Shown here piece after piece: positions 56,401-64,000 of a DNA stretch of 64,000 nucleotides. Within the stretch, counting starts at the first letter, position 1, and each line of letters begins with the position of its first letter. The stretch is from Azolla caroliniana (lineage: Eukaryota; Plantae; Polypodiophyta). The notes under the pieces were generated by a model. The model searched no databases and was not told where the DNA came from. It saw nothing but the letters and a program-made list of their open reading frames with translations. The stretch spans positions 12,214,001 through 12,278,000 of the forward strand of contig JBHGNT010000016.1 in assembly GCA_043228905.1 (NCBI GenBank). Reading direction: 5' to 3'. The position numbers and the translations under genes were made by a program.

Positions 56401-59169
56401 CAAATTCATCTAAGTACTGACGCGAAACCCATCGCTCAACGTCGGTACCGGATGAATCCAAACTATGCGGCAAAGGTGAAGGAGGAAATTGACAAGCTTC
56501 TCCGGGTCGGATTTATCCGACCAGTCAAGCAGGCAACCTGGCTAAGCCCAATAGTGGTGGTCCCGAAAAAGAACGGCAAAATCCGGGTATGTGTGGACTA
56601 CAGGAAACTAAATGCCGCGACAGTGACCGACGCTTTTCCACTACCATTCACGGACGGAGTGCTAGATGCGGTGGCCGGCCACGAAGTTTACAGCTTCCTG
56701 GACGGATTCAGCGGCTACAACCAAATCCGAATGAACCCGGCCGACCAAGAGAAAACAGCGTTCTTGACAGAATGGGGAGTGTTCGTCGCGGTCGTGATGA
56801 TGTTCGGATTAAAGACAGCCCCTGCAACATTTCAAAGGATAATTATGGAAATCTTCGGTGATTTTATTCCCGGTTTTATGCAGGTCTTCCTAGACGATTT
56901 CGCCGTCTACAGCCGACACGGAGAGCATCTCGATCATCTACGACTATGCTTAGAAAAGTGCCGCGAGTACCGATTAAGTCTGAACCCGGCTAAGTGCGTC
57001 TTTGGAGTCGCAAGCGGCAATTTGTTAGGCCACGTGGTGAGTCGAGAAGGAATCGCGGTAGATCCGGATAAGGTAAAAGCAATTCTCGACGCACCGGCAC
57101 CGAATAGCGCAAAAGCTTTAAGCCGATTCCTTGGTCAAATAAGGTGGCATAGTCGGATGATACGGCACCTTGCCGACTTTGCGACACCATTGCACGCTGC
57201 TGTACATAGAGTACCTTTCCAATGGACAGAAACGGAGGAGGCAGCCTACCAAGCGTTGAAGGTCATGCTGTCACAAGCTCCGGTGGTGCAGCCGCCGGAC
57301 TGGAGTAAAAGCTTTCATGTTTTCGTCGACGCGTCGGACGTAGCAATCGACAGCGTTTTGATGCAACTCACGGAACCGAACTGGTATCGGCCGGTGTACT
57401 ACGCAAGCAGGAAACTCTCGAAAGCCGAACGGAACTACTCTACAACGGAACGAGAGGCATTAGGAATGGTGTACAGTGTCACAAAGTACAGGCACTATCT
57501 GCTCGGACGAAAGTTCTCCTTCCACGTTGACCACTCGGCACTACTCTACCTGGTCTCAAAGGCAGCCCTGACAGGAAAACTCGCACGGTGGACGCTGCTA
57601 TTACAGGAATTCGAATTCGACATTTTCCACCGACCCGGGGTGCAGCATGCGGTAGCAGACTACCTTAGCAGACTTGAATCCGGAGAATCAGGGGACGGCG
57701 TACAGGACGAATTTCCCGACGCCGAGCTGTTTAAGGTCACGACGGCACCGGCAACGGAGACCACAGTAGCGGACGAAGACAAATGGTTAACCGAAATGCA
57801 TCAGTTCCTGAGCACCGGAGTTCCCCCGGAAAACCTTGACCGAGACGAACGGAAGAGGATGGCAGTACGGAGCAGACATTTCTGCTTGGTAGGAGACACC
57901 CTCTATCACAAGGGGGCAGATGGCGTATGGAGGCGAGCAGTGCGGAGCGATGAAAAGGATCTGATCCTGAGGGAAGCCCACTGTGGAATTGCAGGCGGGC
58001 ATTATGCCGGCGAAACAACAGCCCGGAAGATATGGCAGAGCGGACTATGGTGGCCGACTACCATGAGAGATGCCGTTAAGTATAGCAGAGAATGCGACCT
58101 GTGTCAACGACTGGGCCAACCCACGGAGCAGGCCCGGATGCCACATCACCCGGTCTTGCCATTAGAACCATTCCAAAAGTGGGGCTTGGACTTTGTCGGC
58201 CCCTTTAAGCCACCGGCAATGCGGACCGGAAATCGGTATATAATAGTGGCTACCGACTACTGCACCAAATGGGTAGAAGCAAAGGCACTACGGGACAACA
58301 CAGCGGCGTCCACGGTCAAATTTTTATATGAATGCATATGGTGTCGGTACGGATGCCCGATTGAGCTGATCAGTGACCAGGGAGGACATTTTCTCGGGCA
58401 GGTGGTGGAAAGTTTGACCTCATTCTATGCGGTAGTACACAAACGAAGCACTCCCTACTACCCTCAAGCCAACGGATTAGCGGAATCAACGAATAAAACG
58501 CTACAGAACATCCTTAGAAAAATCGTCAATGAGAACCGGACCGACTGGGACACGAAGTTGCAGAGCGTGCTGTGGGCGTACCGAACGGCGTACAAGACTA
58601 GCATCCGGACGACCCCGTTCCGACTGGCATTCGGCTTGGAAGCAGTCATGCCAGTAGAATTCCAAATTCCTAGTTTAAGAATACAGGTTAAGGAGCGGTT
58701 AAGCGAGAAGGAATCGGAACGAATCCGGCTGAAGAGACTGTTAGAACTGGAAGAAAATCGAATAGCCAGCCTGCTACAGCTAGAACTAGAGCAAAGGAGG
58801 AGGAAAGCATTTGTAGACCGACACCGGCGCGGTAACGAAAAGGAATTCGAGGTCGGGAAACCTGTATTACTGTTCCAGACAAGGATGGGGAGCATGCCAG
58901 GGAAATTGCGATTTCGGTGGACCGGACCATTCTGGATCACAAAGGAGTACAATGGGTCTTACCAGCTCGGGACGTTGTCAGGAGAAGTTGTGGGCAAATG
59001 GGCAAATGGGTTTCGCCTAAAACCATATAAGGGGCACATGCCAGCTAACCCCTTCAAGCAAGACCCGGAAAACCCGAATGGCGAGGAACCGACACCGACG
59101 CGTAACAACGACGAGGAACCGACAACAGTGCGCACCGACCCGAACACATCGGGGGGAACCAAACAATGA
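53485..59169 (+). CDS. gag-pol: Element F Gag-Pol polyprotein, intact single frame
   Basis: ORF 53401-59169 (first ATG after the PBS at 53485): capsid, three zinc knuckles, IDGGSG protease, RT (FLDD), RNase H, integrase. Confidence 0.96.
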   Translation: MSRQNNDHITERGRRHAERQRRREALQQAVDEIRRDRSFSKTLRQIAEDALQFQVLQASDEGSSVTSLQEAETLLQTLAGGDGDTAAFATLEADSDSGESVGSRYKSSHENNPFESDHSATSEPEKEITLEFGDRQSPRREERLSTPPAEEPQERRPTSEEPAQENQWDDTMPYPYPKYRDEPDGEAHVYAFLRTWEANHVSQRLTEAEADRSKVAEFGMTLEGPAARWHDKHLPGSFATFEALKTQFLRLFHRRVEQRELVGQFYTTRQGENETVPQFIIRFQTLHSQLARAPPEEEAKAVFLAALKDPLRAMCGVIDFSTSTMDQVIDRVLEMDNTSPFLPMGALHQALPKEEDLRFRQALQCTTCLNSGHSTVDCTLRAQCMICNSRAHTTSQCEYNLLTRQAAPVRHIEPRNRDPEEDRFRRDDRYRRERGDRYPDRRRDSYDREENRRDSYPRDRYDREENRRDSYPRDRYDRDESPEYERRREERRPGNRNFRRNQRRGFFRREEHREATRNDKPVAAPENRKTEDNRWGMPLPQTWEKGESSNMNRVYCYYCRKEGHYSNQCPSKTADKQPAVNMVTTEVQQVTTRSKGKAAEWEAQEAIRKQAAQWIKEANEQGAAEVRNQNMPREEEIVQPGENPTWQALQDCQIVLPLARLLQLVPRFTTDLQAAVSKPTPTPAPAFFSNPEEGPAVVDTSSPAITTIVKGKEIPGTIIDGGSGVNVISRQTCDDLGIQEWEPCPFWLRMADTSSVRPTGLIRDLEVTIGGHVFRISAVVLELNVQGAYPLLLGRPWLRTAHIKQNWQKNMITFRRGKTKVRVATQPRVLTSKEATPLYAESINMLEGLPDEEVDRYLEEHPQIVPLFEVDITAAVEPYITMPDEPDKVAIRELRQAQEALEREMTISQRVKASQLEEVDLGTTEQPRPVKVAKELPKEEKQAMVALLTDFKDVFAWSYEDMRGLDPQLYQHQIHLSTDAKPIAQRRYRMNPNYAAKVKEEIDKLLRVGFIRPVKQATWLSPIVVVPKKNGKIRVCVDYRKLNAATVTDAFPLPFTDGVLDAVAGHEVYSFLDGFSGYNQIRMNPADQEKTAFLTEWGVFVAVVMMFGLKTAPATFQRIIMEIFGDFIPGFMQVFLDDFAVYSRHGEHLDHLRLCLEKCREYRLSLNPAKCVFGVASGNLLGHVVSREGIAVDPDKVKAILDAPAPNSAKALSRFLGQIRWHSRMIRHLADFATPLHAAVHRVPFQWTETEEAAYQALKVMLSQAPVVQPPDWSKSFHVFVDASDVAIDSVLMQLTEPNWYRPVYYASRKLSKAERNYSTTEREALGMVYSVTKYRHYLLGRKFSFHVDHSALLYLVSKAALTGKLARWTLLLQEFEFDIFHRPGVQHAVADYLSRLESGESGDGVQDEFPDAELFKVTTAPATETTVADEDKWLTEMHQFLSTGVPPENLDRDERKRMAVRSRHFCLVGDTLYHKGADGVWRRAVRSDEKDLILREAHCGIAGGHYAGETTARKIWQSGLWWPTTMRDAVKYSRECDLCQRLGQPTEQARMPHHPVLPLEPFQKWGLDFVGPFKPPAMRTGNRYIIVATDYCTKWVEAKALRDNTAASTVKFLYECIWCRYGCPIELISDQGGHFLGQVVESLTSFYAVVHKRSTPYYPQANGLAESTNKTLQNILRKIVNENRTDWDTKLQSVLWAYRTAYKTSIRTTPFRLAFGLEAVMPVEFQIPSLRIQVKERLSEKESERIRLKRLLELEENRIASLLQLELEQRRRKAFVDRHRRGNEKEFEVGKPVLLFQTRMGSMPGKLRFRWTGPFWITKEYNGSYQLGTLSGEVVGKWANGFRLKPYKGHMPANPFKQDPENPNGEEPTPTRNNDEEPTTVRTDPNTSGGTKQ

Positions 59170-59180
59170 TGCGGCATATG

Positions 59181-59216
<36 letters not shown>
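59181..59216 (+). other. Internal poly(A) tract of F
   Basis: 36 consecutive A, 11 nt after the pol stop. Confidence 0.95.
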
Positions 59217-59218
<2 letters not shown>

Positions 59219-59804
59219 ATGACGTGGAGCTACGGGTAGAAAAGTCAAGACAAGAAGATCAAGAAAATCATGGTAATGATGAAGGAGGTAGTTACAACCG
59301 TCACACGGGTGCACGAGCTATTTAAAGCACAGAACGTGGGGGGCCGAGGTACAGGATTTAAAACGCGCGTCAATTAAGGAGTCATAATGACAGACACGTA
59401 GGAGATTCGACACACGCGGCAAAGAAGCGCAAGCATGACACGCGGCAGCAAAGGACAGACATACTATTCATGACACAGCATGCGTAGGCGCCAAAAATAG
59501 GACATGCTATTCATGACAGAGCATGCGCAGGCGCCAAAAATAGGACATGCTATTCGAGGCAGAGGACGTGCAGACGCCGAAATTAAAAAGTGAGATGCTA
59601 ATTATGGCAGAAGATACGCACGCGCGAAAAACAGGAAAAGGCGGCTCGAGGGAAACGCCACTATATAAAGGAAGAACCGGGGAAGGGTTCACTTTTTACG
59701 AATTTTCCCACAAGCAAACGCAGGCTCAAGACAGCAAGATCCGACGCGCAGAACACCTACACCCCGACCTCAGACCACAGGCAGCAGCAGACGAAGAAGA
59801 AGCG

Positions 59805-62708
59805 ATGGCACTGTCGGACGGAGCGCGACAATGGCTGACGGAGAACGGATTAGGAGGGCTGCTGCGGGTCGCTGACGCTCCACCACACAAGGAACCAGAG
59901 CAGGCGGCAACAGCGGTGGACTTAGCAGAGGTCACTGAAGGAGCGGTACAAGCGCTCACAGGGATTTCGGAGGGAGGACTTCAGACGATAGAGCTACCCT
60001 CGAGCCAAATATTCTTCGAGTATTTCGGCGAATATTCCCTCAGCAGCAAGGCGTATCGCACACAGGGCGGAGAGAACCTGCTGTTCGGAGAGGTGGCCCG
60101 CGCCCTGATGGAGTACGGGTTCGTGAACCCTCGTCCGGCAGCCATAGCCAAATACCGAGCAGCGATCGTCATCGCGACATTCGAAGGCCTGCAGGTGGAC
60201 TGGCTCCATTTCATCACCGAAGGAGTGAAAGAGGCGATCAAGCACTTAGTGGAAGGAAAGAAGCCATGGGCCGGAATATCCCAATGGTTAACAGTGTTGG
60301 TCCCACCGGTGTCCCCCATCAAGCACAAGCACAGAAGTCGGCAGGAGACTACCCCGAAGCAAACCATGAAGCGCCGACGAATCCTAGAGAAACACACTCC
60401 AGGATGGACACAGGAAGAAGAAGCGCCGCGGGAAGAAGGATCATCCCGACAGCCGCGGAAAGAAGGCTCATCTCGACAACCGCGGGAAGAAGAGTCATCC
60501 CGACAGCAAAGGGAGGAAGGCCCATCATGGCAGCCACAGAAACAGCAACAGCAACCGACAACGAAGAAGAAAAAGGCGGAAAAAGGCAAGGAGAAGCTGG
60601 CAAAGAAGACCAGCAAGAGGCAAACCGACACCGAACCAGTAACGCTCGAATCGGAACCGGTACCAGTAAAGGAACCAATAGTGGCACCGACGGAGGACGC
60701 TGAAACAGAGGAAGACTCATCCGAACCGATGTTAATACTACCACCCAGGCAAGGAAAGGAGAAACGAGCGACAAGACCGACCCCAACAGCGGACGGAACT
60801 CAGCAAAGGGCAAAAGAACCGCCTCCAGTAACCGGAACAGAAGCGACACAGGATAAAGGTCCGTCTGCACCAAAGACGGCAGTACCGGAACCGACGGCGG
60901 CGGAGTTCGAGGAACAAAGAAAGGAACAAGCGCCGGAACAAGAGAAGAGGCCGGAAAAACAGCCGGAGCTAGGCACGCCTGCTGACACCAACGAAGGCAG
61001 AACAAAGGCACAATGGCTAAGGTGGTTGTCAGGGCAGTTGTCGGGAGTAGCAGACCAGATGGAGAAAGAGGAGGAGCAAAGAGAAGAAATGACTAGGACG
61101 ATGACTAAGGATATGGTCATGCTCCGGGCACAATTACATGAGCTGCAAGAAGAGCTAGCACAGGCAAAAGAAGGCAGCCGACAAGCACAAGATGGCACCG
61201 AGCCGGTCGGGACATCAGAAAAGCAAGCCGAACCAGAAACGGAGAGGGCCTTGCAAACCGGCCCTGAGACCGAGAAGTTAATAGCAACTTTGAAAGAAGA
61301 ATTACAGGCTCAGGAGGCATTGAGAGATAACGAAAGAGAGCAGCGGAAGTTGGTAGAAGACGACAGACGGCGAATGGAGGAAGGCCTTCGCCGAAGCAAA
61401 ACCACCAATGACCGACTACAAGAAGAAAACGGGACACTGCAAAAGGAAAAAGATAGGCTGCGCCGACGAATGGAGCAGGAAATTGAGCGGTTGCGAGAGG
61501 AACTCCGACAACAAAAGGACCGGGATGATCAGTTGCGAGCTCAGGCGAACCGACGCCTAAAACAGAAGACGGAGGAATTCGACAGACTATGTAAGGATTA
61601 TAAACAGGCCATGTCGGACATCAAGAATCAGGCAGCAACGTACGACCGACAGATAGAGAAGCTGAAAGAGCAGCTCAAGGAAAACCGCTTGGAATTGTCC
61701 AAAGCAAGGGAGGAAGTATCGGCGGAGAAGACCTTGACGTCGGAACAAAGAAAGGAGATGGAAGTACTTCGGCAGAAAGTAGGGGAGCTGACAAAGAGCA
61801 GGAATGAGGAGAAAGTGAAGTTGACTTTCGAAATCAACAAATGGCGGAGTACCTGTGACAAGCAAAAAGTCGACTCTGAAGCTCAAGCTCAGTTAATGGC
61901 CGACATCATCAAACGGATAAGGAAGGAAAAACAAGCAGCTTCGGAACAGGCTAAAGCAGGGGTTGGCCGAATTAAGTTCATCATGTCAAGTTGGAGTACC
62001 CGAGCTCAGGCCAGCATAAATGAAAGCACGGAGAAGCTCTGGAGGGAATGGGCACAACAGGCAGCTGAACTACAGATACTCCGAGCTGATGCAGAAAATC
62101 GGAAGAAAAACGGAGATGGGTTCTATAAAATGGACGAAGAAAGTATCGTCAACATCCGGGAAGAACTGTCGGAGGATTTCTATGCTCTAGCAGAAGAGCA
62201 TCTCAAGGAAATCCGAGGGTTAGTAGAGAGGTTGGATGACGGATAGCTCGAAACCCAACTAGAATTGGAAGGGTACGAGAAGGACCGACTGCGACAGGAA
62301 GCCGAGGGACACACAACGCCGATCTCCATTAGTGAGGGCGAGCGACCGGCTGAAGAGGATCCAACCAACAATGCACCCCGACAAGAATTACCCGAGGAAG
62401 AACTTCCGGAGCAAGAGCAGGTTGATGCCGGGGATGATGCAGAGTGGAGACAGAGAAGTACCGAATCCGGGGAGGAAAGGACACAACCAGTGGAAACCGG
62501 AGAGAGCGATACCGGGAACGGAACGGAGGTGGACCAGGACAGACCCGGACAGGATACAGAAGAAACACCGGTACCACCGGTACAAGCAGAGTCGGAGCAG
62601 CAAGAGGCGAAAAGGCAGCCAATCCAATCGGACGTCGGGGACGGCACAGGCGAAACAACACTTGAAACCTCGGAGCGGAGTTTGCCTGATAATTTGGAGG
62701 AAGACTGA
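59805..62708 (+). CDS. Element F ORF2: unknown N-terminal domain, low-complexity linker, long coiled coil, acidic tail (one in-frame TAG at 62244-62246)
   Basis: ORF 59547-62246 continues in frame to 62708; homology with D ORF2 begins at MALSDGARQW. Confidence 0.85.
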
Positions 62709-62758
62709 AGCCGGCTGTGGGTTCGAAGTGCAATGCACTTTCCCACGGGCGTGCCATG

Positions 62759-63128
62759 TGTTGGCCGGTCAGAAAAGGCAAATGGGAAAGCAAGGTCGGA
62801 TCGGATAAATATAGAAATAGGAATAGAATTATTAGGAGGGACGGATCCGGTAGTTGTAACCGATCCGGATCCGAACCGATTCGGTTTCGGTTAACGGTTG
62901 CCTACCGAGCACCGATTGTAATCTGGCCGGATGCCTATAAAAGGATCCGATGTTTTGTAATGAAGGGCGAAGAATTAATATAGTTTTGCTTATGCTGATT
63001 AATCTTGTCTTCGTCTGTGCTTAAGTGTAATTATCATACGCGTGTATTAACATCCTATCCCTACCACCCCTTTGGAGAAGTGTCGGATAGACACCTGTGT
63101 TGAGGCTAGTCCAGCCATACATACAACA
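62759..63128 (+). repeat. 3' LTR of F
   Basis: Near-identical to the 5' LTR. Confidence 0.96.
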
Positions 63129-63399
63129 AACACCAACATATTCACACTCACAAAGTAACTAACAGTCTCACAAAACAACATAATGAACATGAAATATTTT
63201 CCATCATAAAAACATGAACATAATTATCTTGTCGAAACATCATAGAGTTCCATTACATAATGTGGATCAAGCAACAACCAATCTGAGGTTTTACTTGTCC
63301 AAATAGATCATAGTAAAACTTCATAAAACCCTAGGAAAATCGCTAACAATCATATCCCACTAATAAGTATTTCGCTCCAATTCAAGAGCACCTTGACCG

Positions 63400-63930
63400 A
63401 GTAGCTGGTCTTTTCCCCGATCATGGCTCCTTCTTCAGCCTTTTTCTAGCCGGTTGCCCATTTAGCCTTGCTTCTTTGACCCATTGCACAAGTGTGTCCT
63501 CCTCCACAACCTTTCCATCATCTCAGCAGCGGCTTGCAGGTCAGCCGCGTCTTGCACTAGCATTTCCAGTACAGTGGGATATGTTTGGACATTATCAGTA
63601 GTTGGGCTCAGTGGGGTGGAATCAAGGTTTTGGGATTCGAAGAAATGTTGCATCAAGTGTTCAAAAACACTATTGTTGTGAACCTCAGATTTACATGCTT
63701 TTTCCAATATTTCATGGCTTTTCACAGCGTTGCCTAATTCATTACCATCTTCCAAAAGAATAGGGTGGAGCTTATCTAAAGGAGATGTGATAGCAGGACT
63801 CTTACTTTCAGCCATGTTGGCAACTATCTCCTTATCGGTTGCAGCGTCATCAACACCAGACAGCTCATGCGCCCTCCTGAATCCACAAGATTCTACAACA
63901 ACATGGTCACTAATTAGCTACATCTGAGCT
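63400..63930 (-). pseudogene. Coding-like segment, probably an upstream exon of the FCP1-like gene interrupted by F
   Basis: ORF 63462-63815 on the same strand and contiguous with 52049-53045 once F is removed; no domain recognised. Confidence 0.35.
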
Positions 63931-64000
63931 AACTAGCTATTCTTCTAGACTACGACAATAGCTAATTAGCTACTTCGTTTAGGTATGGTACTAGCTAATT

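Larger units (their letters stand above)
53063..63128 (+). mobile_element. Young full-length non-chromoviral Ty3/Gypsy element F (same lineage as D)
   Basis: 370-bp LTRs 53063-53432 and 62759-63128 (3 mismatches noticed by eye); TSD AACAC; PBS TGGCGACCAC at 53439; intact gag-pol; ORF2. Confidence 0.97.

Noticed and set aside
59805-62708. Retroviral envelope gene
   Set aside because: No signal peptide or hydrophobic transmembrane segment visible; the protein is highly charged coiled coil.
53433-62793. Many long antisense and alternate-frame ORFs over D and F
   Set aside because: Shadows of GC-rich, biased coding sequence; no recognisable domains.

Overview
Eukaryotic (land-plant-type, probably non-seed plant; inference) repeat-dense DNA with no intact host protein gene recognised. 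The oldest layer is a decayed tandem array of tRNA-Val genes or pseudogenes on the minus strand (1-2636, 7495-8883, 42556-47059, 50767-51168). It is built from a ~1.5-kb higher-order unit of five tRNA modules, in which one tRNA body carries AAC, CAC or TAC anticodons. The array is interrupted by four things. (i) A degenerate Sola2-like DDD-transposase element (~2637-7494). (ii) A 33.7-kb nest of LTR retrotransposons: a chromoviral Ty3/Gypsy element (A) inserted inside one tRNA-Val(CAC) gene, which contains a 1.4-kb foldback element, Copia B and Copia C; C in turn contains a young non-chromoviral Gypsy D and Copia E. (iii) A truncated Copia G carrying a solo LTR. (iv) A second Sola2-like remnant with a convergent FCP1/NIF-like phosphatase-domain gene, itself interrupted by a young Gypsy F with an intact gag-pol. 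D and F share an unusual 3' module: a genomic poly(A) tract just after the pol stop, a ~900-aa coiled-coil extra ORF and a non-purine motif in place of the PPT. All family assignments come from motif recognition by eye, not from database searches.
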